Source: an uncultured Actinomycetota bacterium (GTDB lineage Bacteria; Actinomycetota; Actinomycetes; Prado026). Taken from it: 64,000 bases of DNA. The stretch spans positions 1,457,269 through 1,521,268 of the forward strand of contig CAVQCJ010000002.1 in the NCBI GenBank assembly GCA_963711005.1. The letters run 5' to 3'. The first letter of the stretch is position 1; each line of letters begins with the position of its first letter. A program made the position numbers and the translations under genes. Below, one piece after another: positions 20,018-29,737 of this stretch. Below the pieces are notes generated by a model that saw nothing but the letters and a program-made list of their open reading frames with translations, did not search any database and was not told where the DNA came from.

Positions 20018-23000
20018 ATGCGCCGCACCCGCACCGTGGTCCTGGTCGGCGCAGCAGCGATGCTGGTCGCCTTCGCGGTCTCGCCGGCTTCGCCCGCCGC
20101 GGCAGCGAGCCGCGCGCACGGCACCTCTCACGGCAGCACCGGGTCGGTGCTCCCGATCGCCAAGACGGTCACGCTGGTCACCGGTGACGTGGTGCGGGTG
20201 CTCACCCAGCCCGACGGGCGCCGAGCGGTCACGCTGCTGCCGGGCCCGGACGGGACGATCCCGCAGGCCGCCGTCACGCAGGTCGGCAAGCACCTGTACG
20301 TCGTCCCCCGGTCGGCGGTCCGCCTGCTCTCGGCGCAGCGGCTGAGCCCGGACCTGTTCGACGTCGCCGCGCTCATCGCCGACGGGTACGACGACGCGGC
20401 CCGCGCCACGCTCCCGATCATCGTCGACTACGGGAAGGGCGCGGCCGCGGCGAGCCGCGCGGCCACCGCGTCGGTGCGCTCGGCCCGCCGTACGCACCTG
20501 CTCGCCCGGCTCGGCGACGCGTCCTACGACGCGGACAAGAAGCATGCGCACCAGGCGTGGGCCTCGCTGACCGCAGGTGTCGACGGGTCGGGCGCACCGA
20601 CGTCGCTGGCCGGGGGCGCGGTACGGATCGACCTGGACGGCAAGGTCCGGGCGGTCGACGACTACGACCCGCTGGCCCAGATCCACGCGCCGCAGGCCTG
20701 GGCCGCCGGGTACGACGGCACCGGGGTGAAGGTCGCGATCCTCGATACCGGCTACGACGCCACCCACCCCGACCTGGCCGGGAAGGTGAGCACCAGCGCG
20801 AACTTCACGCCTGAGCCGGACGTCACGGACGGGAACGGGCACGGCACGCACGTCGCCGGCACCATCGCCGGCAGCGGCGCCGCGTCCGCGGGCGTGCACA
20901 AGGGCGTCTCGCCCGGCGCCACGCTGATGATCGGCAAGGTCCTGGGCAGCAACGGCAGCGGCGAGGACTCGCAGGTACTCGCCGGCATGGAGTGGGCGGT
21001 CGCGCAGCACGCCGACATCGTGAGCATGAGCCTGGGCGGCGACACCGGCGACGGCAGCGACCCGCTCGAGCAGGCGGTCGACGAGCTGTCCGCGACGTCC
21101 CCGACGCTGTTCGTCATCGCCGCGGGCAACAACGGGAGCAGCCCGACCACGGTGACGTCCCCGGGCGCGGCCGACGCGGCGCTCACCGTCGGCGCCGTCG
21201 ACAGCACCGACACCATGGCCGACTTCTCCAGCCGCGGTCCCCGTCTGGACGGCACCGTCAAGCCGGAGGTCGTGGCTCCGGGCGTCGGCATCGTCGCGGC
21301 CCGCGCGGCCGGCACGTCTCTGGGCGACCCGGTCGACCAGTACTACACGTCGCTCAGCGGGACCTCGATGGCGACGCCGCACGTGGCGGGCCTGGCCGCG
21401 ATCCTCAAGCAGGAGCACCCGGACTGGGACGGTGAGCGGCTCAAGGCCGCGATCGTCGGCAGCACGGTCCCGGTCGCCGGCGCGGGGGCGTACGACTCCG
21501 GCACCGGGCGGGTGGACGCGCTGCGGGCCATCAGCCAGACCGTCGTCGCCGACCCGACGCTGAACCTCGGCTTCTTCCAGTGGCCGCACACGAACCTCGC
21601 GCCGGCCACCAAGACGCTCACGTACACGAACCTCGGCAGCTCCGACGTCACCTTCGCGCTGGCCGAGGGCGGGCAGGACGCCGCGGCCGCCGGCCCGCCC
21701 GGCGTCACGCTGTCCGCCGACCACCTCACGGTCCCCGCCGGCGGGCACGCCAGCGTCGACGTGACGGTCGACCCGACGGTCGCCCAGCCCGGTGCGTACT
21801 CGGGCGTGGTCACGGCAACGCCGGCCGCCGGCGGGCAGAGCGTGCGCACGGCGTTCGGCTACGTGCTCGAGGACGAGCGCTACAACGTCACCGTGGTGGT
21901 CCACCCCCGACCCGGGACGCAGACGGCGTCGCACATCGTGGTGCTCGCGGGCCTGGACGACTACTCGTACACGCAGCGCACGCTCGACGCCGCGGCCGGC
22001 ACGCAGCAGGTCACGTTCCGGGTCGCGCCGGGCCGGTACGGGGCGACCGTGACGTCGTTCGGGACCGCCAAGGACAACTCGCAGGAAGGCGTGGTCGACC
22101 TCAAGCCGCTGGTGCGGGTCACCAAGGACACCACGATCGTGCTCGACGAGGGCTCGACCCGCCTGCTCGACTACAAGACCGACAAGCCGGTCGTCAACGA
22201 CGGCGAGATCATCAACGTCGACTGGGTCGGCAAGAACCCCAACCTGTCGCTGGGTGCCGCCCTCGCCGGCAGCGTCGACCGGCTGTACGCGCGGCCGATG
22301 GTCAACCCCGGCGGTGGCGTCGTGACCACGATCCTGAACATGCAGCTGTCGGCGCCGGAGGGTCTGGTCACTCTCGGCGGCGGGTCGGCGCCGATCGGCG
22401 TCCGCCCCGTCACCGACGTCGGGCAGTCGACGTGGCTGACCCCGGTGCCGACGGTCGCCGGCTCGTTGCGGGTGGTGGACGCCGGCTCGGTGTCCGCGCT
22501 GCGGACCGGCTCGGTGCGCGGGCGCCTGGCGCTCGTCGCGGGCACCTGCGCCGACTTGACGGCGGCCGCGGACGCGCTCGCCGCCGCGGGGGCGGCCGCG
22601 ATGGTGGCCTACCCCGCCTACGGCTCCTCGTGCGCCGGCACCATCACCGGCACCCCGCCGCTGCCGGCGTTCCGGGCCCGCCCGCTGGACGCGGCCCGGA
22701 TGCTGCGCAGCGCCGGGCACGTCGCGACGATGCGGGCCGAGCCCGGGCCCGCGTACATCTACGACCTGGCCGGGCACTGGCCCGGCATCGTGCCGGACGG
22801 CGCAACCCTCGACGGCACCGGCAAGCACGTGGCGACGCGGGTCGAGGACGTCCGGTCGATGGGCGGCACGACCGCGTCGGACGGGCTCGCGCTGTACGAG
22901 AACATGACTGGGATGTGGCCCGACCTGGGGATGGGGATCTACGGCTTGACCCGGGCCGTCCCGGTCCCGTCCGTGGTCACGCACTACCTGTCCCCCGGCC

Positions 23001-23824
23001 CGAACTGGGAGCGGGACGTCACCGTCACCTCGCCGCAGGGCGGCGCATACGCGACGCTGTACGACCCGCCGACCCCGGTCGTGGGCGGGACGACGAAGTC
23101 GGACACCTGGTTCGGCGGCCCGTTCTCGATGGGCGTCTCGCCGGTGCTGAGCAAGGCGTTCGGATGGAGCGTCGCCCCCAACCGGCAGGGTGACACCGGC
23201 ACCGCCGCCGCCTCGCTGGTCGCCGACTCGGCGGGCCACGTCGGCGGGCTGCTGTTCGACAACGACTGGTACGGGACGTTGTCGTCGGCGGACGGCACCG
23301 TGCTCGGGGAGGGCCCCGACCCGCTGTTCCTGGGCTGGCTGAACATGGTGCCCCAGCGCACCGCGTACCACCTGGACGTGCGGTTCACCCGGGCGAACCC
23401 GTTCTGGAAGCGGTCCACCGACGTGCACACGGTCTGGGGCTTCTCGTCGCAGACGCCGAAGACCGATCACCAGGTCTTCCCGCTCATGAACGTCGGTCTC
23501 GACATGACGCTGTCGCCGACGAACGACGCGGCCGCCGGCCCGTTCGGGTTCGGTCTGAAGCTGTCGATGCCGATGGGCGTCACCGCGGTGCCGGTCCTGG
23601 CGCCGACGGTCGAGGTCTCCTGGGACGGGGGCACGACCTGGCGGGCGGCCGGTGTGCACGGCTGCGCAGCCGGCAAGGTCAGCGGCTCGGCCGGCCTGGT
23701 GACGCAGTGCGCAGTGTCGGTGCGCAACGCCGCCGGCGGCTCGGCGTCCCTGCGGGTCAGCGCCACCGACACCTCGGGTCGCAGCGTGACCGAGACCATC
23801 GTCGACGCCTACGCCGTCCGCTGA
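20018..23824 (+). CDS. S8 family serine peptidase (subtilase), large secreted 1268-aa form with C-terminal beta-rich extensions
   Basis: Signal peptide present. Catalytic triad motifs DTGYD, HGTHVAG and GTSMATPHVAG. The long C-terminal region is Ser/Thr/Val-rich. Confidence 0.85.
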   Translation: MRRTRTVVLVGAAAMLVAFAVSPASPAAAASRAHGTSHGSTGSVLPIAKTVTLVTGDVVRVLTQPDGRRAVTLLPGPDGTIPQAAVTQVGKHLYVVPRSAVRLLSAQRLSPDLFDVAALIADGYDDAARATLPIIVDYGKGAAAASRAATASVRSARRTHLLARLGDASYDADKKHAHQAWASLTAGVDGSGAPTSLAGGAVRIDLDGKVRAVDDYDPLAQIHAPQAWAAGYDGTGVKVAILDTGYDATHPDLAGKVSTSANFTPEPDVTDGNGHGTHVAGTIAGSGAASAGVHKGVSPGATLMIGKVLGSNGSGEDSQVLAGMEWAVAQHADIVSMSLGGDTGDGSDPLEQAVDELSATSPTLFVIAAGNNGSSPTTVTSPGAADAALTVGAVDSTDTMADFSSRGPRLDGTVKPEVVAPGVGIVAARAAGTSLGDPVDQYYTSLSGTSMATPHVAGLAAILKQEHPDWDGERLKAAIVGSTVPVAGAGAYDSGTGRVDALRAISQTVVADPTLNLGFFQWPHTNLAPATKTLTYTNLGSSDVTFALAEGGQDAAAAGPPGVTLSADHLTVPAGGHASVDVTVDPTVAQPGAYSGVVTATPAAGGQSVRTAFGYVLEDERYNVTVVVHPRPGTQTASHIVVLAGLDDYSYTQRTLDAAAGTQQVTFRVAPGRYGATVTSFGTAKDNSQEGVVDLKPLVRVTKDTTIVLDEGSTRLLDYKTDKPVVNDGEIINVDWVGKNPNLSLGAALAGSVDRLYARPMVNPGGGVVTTILNMQLSAPEGLVTLGGGSAPIGVRPVTDVGQSTWLTPVPTVAGSLRVVDAGSVSALRTGSVRGRLALVAGTCADLTAAADALAAAGAAAMVAYPAYGSSCAGTITGTPPLPAFRARPLDAARMLRSAGHVATMRAEPGPAYIYDLAGHWPGIVPDGATLDGTGKHVATRVEDVRSMGGTTASDGLALYENMTGMWPDLGMGIYGLTRAVPVPSVVTHYLSPGPNWERDVTVTSPQGGAYATLYDPPTPVVGGTTKSDTWFGGPFSMGVSPVLSKAFGWSVAPNRQGDTGTAAASLVADSAGHVGGLLFDNDWYGTLSSADGTVLGEGPDPLFLGWLNMVPQRTAYHLDVRFTRANPFWKRSTDVHTVWGFSSQTPKTDHQVFPLMNVGLDMTLSPTNDAAAGPFGFGLKLSMPMGVTAVPVLAPTVEVSWDGGTTWRAAGVHGCAAGKVSGSAGLVTQCAVSVRNAAGGSASLRVSATDTSGRSVTETIVDAYAVR

Positions 23825-23941
23825 CCCCTAACGCGCTGAGGCGGGCGGGCCGGGGTCGTCGCCGACGACGGACCAGCGCAGGGCGATCTCGACCAGCCGG
23901 GCCCGCTTCTGGTTCTGCGGCAACCCCCACGAGGAGGAGCC

Positions 23942-24343
23942 ATGCACCGAGCACTCCCGGTCCTGGCAGTCAGCAGCGCCGCCGTCGCTCTCGTCCTGTC
24001 CGGTTGCGGTACGCAGCCGGCGCCTGTGCAGCCGGTCGCCCAGTCCCAGGACCTGGCTTCCGTGGCCGTCCCGCCGACCGCGTCGACCCCGCCGGCCGCC
24101 ACCCCCACAGCTTCGACCCGGACCACGCCGACACCTTCGGCCACCCCGACGACCCCGCCGACCCGCGGGCCGCTCTTGCAGTCTCCGGAGGCCGCGATGC
24201 GCTTCATGGCCGCTGCCTTCGACCGGCGCGACCTGACCGCGCTGCGCACGGTCACCACGCCGGAGTCGCGACGCGAGCTGTTCGACATGTGGCCCGAGCA
24301 GGTGCACCTGAGGCTGTCCCCGGCGGTGTGGTGGCGACCATGA
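23942..24343 (+). CDS. Lipoprotein (signal peptide with LSGC lipobox), Pro/Thr-rich; C-terminus possibly frameshifted
   Basis: MHRALPVLAVSSAAVALVLSGC matches a lipoprotein signal. The coding-like frame continues in a different frame to 24402. Confidence 0.5.
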   Translation: MHRALPVLAVSSAAVALVLSGCGTQPAPVQPVAQSQDLASVAVPPTASTPPAATPTASTRTTPTPSATPTTPPTRGPLLQSPEAAMRFMAAAFDRRDLTALRTVTTPESRRELFDMWPEQVHLRLSPAVWWRP

Positions 24344-24415
24344 CTGTCGCTCCCGCGGCCCGTCCCGGCTGGTACCTCAGCGGCATCATCACCTGCGGCT
24401 GACCCAGCCACATCC

Positions 24416-24480
24416 CGTTGATCTTGAGCAACACAGCTGCGACACGCCGCAGGACCCGGTGATCTGCTCAAGATCAACGC
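24416..24480. repeat. Inverted-repeat element, family 2, copy 2: 15-bp arms CGTTGATCTTGAGCA / TGCTCAAGATCAACG with a 35-nt loop
   Basis: Shares the GATCTTGAG...CTCAAGATC arms and the loop motif GGCGTGTCGC (in reverse orientation) with the element at 15183-15248. It lies between the lipoprotein gene and purB. Confidence 0.55.
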
Positions 24481-24514
24481 GGACCGGGGTGCCAGAGGGC
24501 GGCCGTACGGGAGA

Positions 24515-25958
24515 ATGGACGGCGTGACCGCCAAGCCCGCGATCCCGGACGTGCTCGCCGCCCGCTACGCCTCGCCGCAGATGGCCGAGCTCTGGTCGCC
24601 GGAGAAGAAGGTCGTGCTGGAGCGGCGGCTGTGGGTCGCGGTGCTGCGGGCCCAGCGCGACCTGGGCGTCCCGGTCCCCGACGGCGCGGTCGAGGCCTAC
24701 GAGGCGGTCGTCGACAAGGTCGACCTGGACTCGATCGCGGCCCGCGAGCGGGTCACCCGCCACGACGTGAAGGCTCGGATCGAAGAGTTCAGCGCGCTCG
24801 CCGGCCACGAGCAGGTCCACCGGGGCATGACGTCGCGGGACCTGACCGAGAACGTCGAGCAGCTGCAGGTCCGGGACGGGCTGTTGATCCTGCGCGACCG
24901 GACGGTAGCGACGCTGGTCCGGCTGGCCGCGCGCGCCGTGCAGTACGACCACCTCGTGATGGCCGGCCGTACGCACAACGTCCCGGCACAGGCGACGACG
25001 CTGGGCAAACGGTTCGCGTCGGCCGCCGACGAGCTGCTGGTCGGCGTACGAGCGGCTGACCGACCTGCTCGCCCGTTACCCGCTGCGGGGGATCAAGGGC
25101 CCGGTCGGGACCGCGCAGGACCAGCTGGACCTGCTCGACGGCGACCCGCAGCGGCTGGCCGAGCTCGAGCGTCGGGTCGCCGCGCACCTGGGCTTCACCC
25201 GGGTGCTGACCAGCGTCGGCCAGGTCTACCCGCGCTCGCTGGACCTCGACGTGGTCTCGGCGCTCGTGCAGCTCGCGGCCGGACCGTCCTCGCTGGCGAC
25301 GTCGATCCGGCTGATGGCGGGCAGCGAGACGGTCACCGAAGGGTTCGTGCCCGGCCAGGTGGGGTCGTCCGCGATGCCGCACAAGATGAACACGCGTTCG
25401 TGCGAGCGGGTGAACGGTCTGGCGGTGGTGCTGAGGGGCTACCTCTCGATGGTCGGCGAGCTGGCCGGCGACCAGTGGAACGAGGGTGACGTGTCCTGCT
25501 CGGTGGTCCGCCGGGTCGCACTGCCGGGCGCCTTCTTCGCGGCGGACGGGCTGTTCGAGACGTTCATGACCGTGCTGGACGAGTTCGGGGCCTTCCCGGC
25601 GGTCGTCGAGCGCGAGCTGGCGCGCTACCTGCCGTTCCTGGCGACCACGAAGGTGCTGACGGCAGCGGTGCGCAAGGGCGTCGGACGCGAGGCCGCGCAC
25701 GAGGCGATCAAGGAGCACGCGGTCGCCGTCGCGCTGCGGATGCGCGAGCAGGGCGCCGACCGGAACGACCTGTTCGACCGGCTGGCCGCCGACCCGCGGC
25801 TCGGGCTGTCGGCCGGCGACCTGGCGGCGCTGGTCGCCGACCCCGCAGGTTTCACCGGCGCCGCGTCCGCGCAGGTCGCCGCGGTGGTGGCCCGGGTCGA
25901 GGCGGCGGCCGCCGCGCACCCCGAGGCTGCGGCCTACTCCCCCGCGCCGATCCTCTGA
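24515..25958 (+). CDS. purB: Adenylosuccinate lyase, interrupted by an apparent +1 frameshift near 25049
   Basis: The N-terminal part (IPDVLAARYASPQMAELWSPEKKVVLERRLW...GRTHNVPAQATTLGKRFASAADELLVGV) and the C-terminal part (YPLRGIKGPVGTAQDQLDLL...SVGQVYPRSLD...SSAMPHKMNTRSCER...) are in different frames. Deleting one nucleotide at GTA-C-GAG restores ...LLVGVERLTDLLARYPLRG. Confidence 0.8.
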
Positions 25959-26426
25959 CCGGTCGGCCCGGTCTCGTCGCTCTCGTCCGTCGGCTCGCTC
26001 TGGTCGGTCGGCCCGGGCTCGACGCCCGCATCGGGTGGCTCGGTTCCCTCGGTCCCGTCCGTGGACGCCACCGGTTCCGCGGCCACGAGCGCCGAACCGC
26101 GCACGTACGCGTCCGGCCCGACACCCAGCCAGATCGCGAACACGAACGGCAGGAAGACCAGCCCGACCGCGACCGGTATCCCGTGGCCGAACTGCTCCGC
26201 GACGTCCAGGCAGATCACCGTCCACACGGCGATCCCGACCACTGGCACGAACAGCAGGAGCACCCACCACCAAGGCCGCGCCGCGATCTTGCTGATCACC
26301 AGCAGGTTGACCACCGGCAGCAGCGCGACCCACCAGCGTTTCCCGGCCTTGGCGAAGACGAAGCACCACGGACCGAGGTACAGCAGGTACAGCAGCAGCC
26401 CGAACGCCACCGACTGCGCGGTCACG
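25934..26426 (-). CDS. DUF5684 domain membrane protein
   Basis: The DUF5684 pattern is present (FAKAGKRWWVALLPVVNLLVISKIAARPWWWVLLLFVPVV...LPFVFAIWLG) with an acidic tail. GTG start overlaps the stop of a small upstream ORF (GTGA). Confidence 0.6.
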
Positions 26427-26583
26427 AGGACGACCCGTGGGCCGCGAGGCCGAGCCGTTCGAGCGGACCTGCAGGGTCGGGGTGGCTGACGACCAGCCGA
26501 GCGAACGGCTGCCCGGTCAGCTCGATCACCAGGCCCGGCTGGGTCACCGTCACATCCGTCTCGGACACGGCCAGCTCGCTCAT
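26422..26583 (-). CDS. Small ORF (53 aa), translationally coupled upstream of the DUF5684 gene
   Basis: ATG start with GGGAGAGG 13 nt upstream, very high GC at third codon positions, and a stop overlapping the downstream GTG start. Confidence 0.35.
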   Translation of the reverse strand: MSELAVSETDVTVTQPGLVIELTGQPFARLVVSHPDPAGPLERLGLAAHGSSS

Positions 26584-26615
26584 CGGACGGCGTGCACCTC
26601 TCCCGCCTCAGTAGG

Positions 26616-27527
26616 GTGTCGGGCGTGGCCCCGGAGCAGCATGGCACGCCGTCGACGGGCGGCACGGCCACCTTGGCGGGCTTCGAGCACGTCTACAGCG
26701 GCAAGGTCCGCGATCTGTACGCCCGGCCGGACGGGACGCTGCTGTTCGTGGCCTCCGACCGCCTGTCCGCCTTCGACTTCGTGCTGCCGACGACGATCCC
26801 GGACAAAGGGCGGGTGCTGACCCAGCTCTCGCTGTGGTGGTTCGAGCAGCTCGCCGACCTGGTCCCCAACCACGTGGTCTCCCTCGACGTGCCGCCCGAG
26901 CTCGCGGGCCGGGCGATGGTGTGCGAGCGGCTGCGGATGCTCCCGGTCGAGTGCGTGGCCCGCGGCTACCTGACCGGGTCTGGGCTGGCCGACTACACCC
27001 GGACCGGCGAGGTGTGCGGCGAGCCGCTGCCGCCGGGGCTGGTCGACGGCTCCCGGCTGCCCGTGGCGGTGTTCACCCCGGCCACCAAGGCGGCGCTCGG
27101 AGAGCACGACGAGAACGTCGACCTGGCGCACGTCGCCGCTACGGTCGGCGAGGCCGAGGCGGCGGAGCTGAAGAGGCTGACGCTGCTCGTGTACGCGCGG
27201 GCCGAGGAGATCGCCCGCGGACGCGGGATCCTCCTCGCCGACACCAAGCTCGAGTTCGGCGCCCGGCCGGACGGGACCACAGTCCTGGCCGACGAGGTAC
27301 TGACGCCGGACTCGTCCCGCTTCTGGCCCGCCGACCAGTGGGAGCCGGGGCACGCGCAGCCGTCGTTCGACAAGCAGTACGTCCGGGACTGGCTCACCTC
27401 GCCGGCCTCCGGCTGGGACCGCGCGTCGGGCGAACCGCCGCCACCGCTGCCGGCGGACGTGGTCGCGCGAACCCGTGACCGCTACGTGCAGGCGTACGAG
27501 CTGCTGACCGGAAGGACGTTCACGTGA
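26616..27527 (+). CDS. purC: Phosphoribosylaminoimidazole-succinocarboxamide synthase (SAICAR synthetase)
   Basis: Motifs YSGKVRDLY, VASDRLSAFDFVLPTTIPDKGRVLTQLS and ADTKLEFG. The start is uncertain (GTG 26616, GTG 26625 or TTG 26670). Confidence 0.85.
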   Translation: MSGVAPEQHGTPSTGGTATLAGFEHVYSGKVRDLYARPDGTLLFVASDRLSAFDFVLPTTIPDKGRVLTQLSLWWFEQLADLVPNHVVSLDVPPELAGRAMVCERLRMLPVECVARGYLTGSGLADYTRTGEVCGEPLPPGLVDGSRLPVAVFTPATKAALGEHDENVDLAHVAATVGEAEAAELKRLTLLVYARAEEIARGRGILLADTKLEFGARPDGTTVLADEVLTPDSSRFWPADQWEPGHAQPSFDKQYVRDWLTSPASGWDRASGEPPPPLPADVVARTRDRYVQAYELLTGRTFT

Positions 27528-28489
27528 CCTGGCTGGTCACCGGCGGGGCCGGGTACATCGGGGCGCACGTCGCGCGGGCGCTGGAGGACAAGGGGCTCGA
27601 CGTCGTCGTCCTCGACGACCTGTCCAGCGGGCATCGCGGCTTCGTCCGGGAGGGCACCACGTTCGTCGAGGGCTCGGTGACCGAGCCCGGGGTCGTGCGG
27701 GCCGCGCTCACCGAGCACCGCTGCACGGGTGTGGTGCACCTGGCCGGTTTCAAGTACGCCGGCGTGTCGGTCGAGCGGCCGCTGCACACGTACGAGCAGA
27801 ACGTCACCGGCATGCAGGTGCTGCTGGCCGCGATGGTCGACCTGGGAGTCGAGCAGCTGGTCTTCTCCTCGTCGGCCGCGGTGTACGGGACGCCGGACGT
27901 CGAGCTGGTCACCGAGGCCACGGTCGGGCGGCCGGAGTCGCCGTACGGGGAGTCCAAGCTGATCAGCGAGTGGCTGATCCGGGACGTGGCCCGGGTCGCC
28001 GACCTGCGGCACACCTCGCTGCGGTACTTCAACGTGGTGGGCTCCGGCGCTCCGGACCTGTTCGACACCAGCCCGCACAACCTCTTCCCGCTCGTGCTCA
28101 AGGCGCTGACCGAGGGCCGGACACCGGTGGTGCGCGGCACCGACTACCCGACCCCGGACGGCTCCTGCGTCCGCGACTACGTGCACGTCTCGGACGTCGC
28201 GGACGCCCACGTGCAGGCGGCCCTCGCGCTGCAGGCCCGCCGGCCGCTCGAGCCGGTCTACAACCTCGGCAGCGGCGAGGGTGTGAGCGTGCTCGAGATC
28301 ATGGCGGCGATGGCCCGCGTCACCGGGGTGGAGTTCACCCCCGAGGTGGCCCCACGCCGCCCCGGCGACCCGGCCCGGATCGTCGCCTCCGGCGAGCTGG
28401 CGGCGCGAGACCTGGACTGGGCCGGCCGGCGGTCTCTGGACGAGTGCGTCTGGTCGGCGTGGGAGTCCTGGCGGGCCTCCGGCCGGTGA
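27524..28489 (+). CDS. galE: UDP-glucose 4-epimerase
   Basis: Rossmann motif VTGGAGYIGAHV, the YGESK catalytic motif, and an NAD-dependent epimerase layout. GTG start overlaps the purC stop. Confidence 0.88.
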   Translation: MTWLVTGGAGYIGAHVARALEDKGLDVVVLDDLSSGHRGFVREGTTFVEGSVTEPGVVRAALTEHRCTGVVHLAGFKYAGVSVERPLHTYEQNVTGMQVLLAAMVDLGVEQLVFSSSAAVYGTPDVELVTEATVGRPESPYGESKLISEWLIRDVARVADLRHTSLRYFNVVGSGAPDLFDTSPHNLFPLVLKALTEGRTPVVRGTDYPTPDGSCVRDYVHVSDVADAHVQAALALQARRPLEPVYNLGSGEGVSVLEIMAAMARVTGVEFTPEVAPRRPGDPARIVASGELAARDLDWAGRRSLDECVWSAWESWRASGR

Positions 28490-28767
28490 GGTTCACCGTC
28501 CGGGTGCGCCCGTCCGCCGGGCGGACGCAGGTCGGCGGTCGCTGGGGTCCGGACGCCGCGCCCGCACTGCTCGTGGTGGTCGCGGCGCCCGCGGCTGACG
28601 GGCGGGCCAACCAGGCCGTGGTGGACGCCCTCGCGCGTGCGTTCGGAGTCCGCCGGTCGGCCGTTCGGCTGGTCTCCGGGAGCTCAGGGCGGACCAAGCT
28701 GGTCGAGGTCGACGGGGTCGGGCCGGCCGACCTCGACGCGCTCATGGGGTCCGAGACCTCCGGGTAG
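28486..28767 (+). CDS. DUF167 (YggU-like) domain protein
   Basis: The DUF167 pattern is present (VRVRPSAGRTQVGG...LLVVVAAPAADGRANQAVVDALARAFGVRRSAVRLVSGSSGRTKLVEV). GTG start overlaps the galE stop. Confidence 0.65.
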   Translation: MRFTVRVRPSAGRTQVGGRWGPDAAPALLVVVAAPAADGRANQAVVDALARAFGVRRSAVRLVSGSSGRTKLVEVDGVGPADLDALMGSETSG

Positions 28768-28807
28768 GCTGAGGCGTACCGCCGGACAGATCTCAGGGGA
28801 GCGCCTC

Positions 28808-29053
28808 GTGGCCCGCGTCGTCGTCGACGTCATGCTCAAGCCGGAGATCCTCGACCCGCAGGGCCAGGCCGTGCAGAACGCCCTGCGCCGGCTGGGGTTC
28901 GAGTCCGTGACCGACGTCCGGCAGGGCAAGCGGTTCGAGATCGAGGTCGACGGCCCGGCCGACGACGCGCTGCGCGCCCGCGCCGAGGAGATGGCCACCA
29001 CGCTGCTGGCCAACCAGGTGATCGAGGACTTCGCGGTACGGGTGCAGGCCTGA
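28808..29053 (+). CDS. purS: Phosphoribosylformylglycinamidine synthase subunit PurS
   Basis: 81-aa protein with the PurS signature ([23 protein letters not shown]...[10 protein letters not shown]). GTG start. Confidence 0.85.
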   Translation: MARVVVDVMLKPEILDPQGQAVQNALRRLGFESVTDVRQGKRFEIEVDGPADDALRARAEEMATTLLANQVIEDFAVRVQA

Positions 29054-29736
29054 TGGGCGCCCGGGTCGGCGTGGTCACCTTCCCCGGGTCCCTGGACGAC
29101 GGCGACGCCCGGCGGGCCGTCACGGCGGCCGGCGGCGATGCGGTGGCGCTGTGGCACAAGGACCGCAGCCTGCACGGCGTCGACGCGGTGGTGCTGCCCG
29201 GCGGCTTCTCGTACGGCGACTACCTGCGCTGCGGGGCGATCTCGCGCTTCGCCCCGGTGATGGAGGCGCTCGTCGACGCGGCCCGTGACGGCCTGCCGGT
29301 GCTCGGTATCTGCAACGGCTTCCAGATCCTGTGCGAGTCGCACCTGCTGCCGGGCGCGCTCACCCGCAACGACCACCTGCACTTCGTCTGCCGGGACCAG
29401 CGGCTGCGCATCGAGTCGACCACGACGGCGTGGACCTCCGCGTACGCATTGGGCCAGGAGATCGTGGTGCCGCTGAAGAACGGCGAGGGCGGGTTCGTCG
29501 CGGACGAGCGCACGCTGGACGAGCTGGAGGCCGAGGGGCGGGTGGTGGCGCGCTACCTGGACGTCAACCCGAACGGCTCGAGGCGGGACATCGCCGGCAT
29601 CAGCAACGCCGCGGGCAACGTCGTCGGCCTGATGCCGCACCCCGAGCACGCGATCGAGCCGCTCACCGGCCCCACCAGCGACGGCCTACCCTTCTTCACC
29701 TCCGTCCTCGAGTCCCTGGTCGGCGCCACCCCATGA
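29053..29736 (+). CDS. purQ: Phosphoribosylformylglycinamidine synthase I (glutaminase subunit)
   Basis: Glutamine amidotransferase motifs [20 protein letters not shown] and MPHPEH. Confidence 0.9.
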   Translation: MGARVGVVTFPGSLDDGDARRAVTAAGGDAVALWHKDRSLHGVDAVVLPGGFSYGDYLRCGAISRFAPVMEALVDAARDGLPVLGICNGFQILCESHLLPGALTRNDHLHFVCRDQRLRIESTTTAWTSAYALGQEIVVPLKNGEGGFVADERTLDELEAEGRVVARYLDVNPNGSRRDIAGISNAAGNVVGLMPHPEHAIEPLTGPTSDGLPFFTSVLESLVGATP

Positions 29737-29737
29737 C

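Noticed and set aside
19910-23659. 1249-aa ORF on the minus strand opposite the subtilase gene
   Set aside because: It is a mirror ORF typical of >70% GC DNA. It is Arg/Gly/Pro-rich with no motifs. The plus-strand gene has a complete S8 catalytic triad and a signal peptide.
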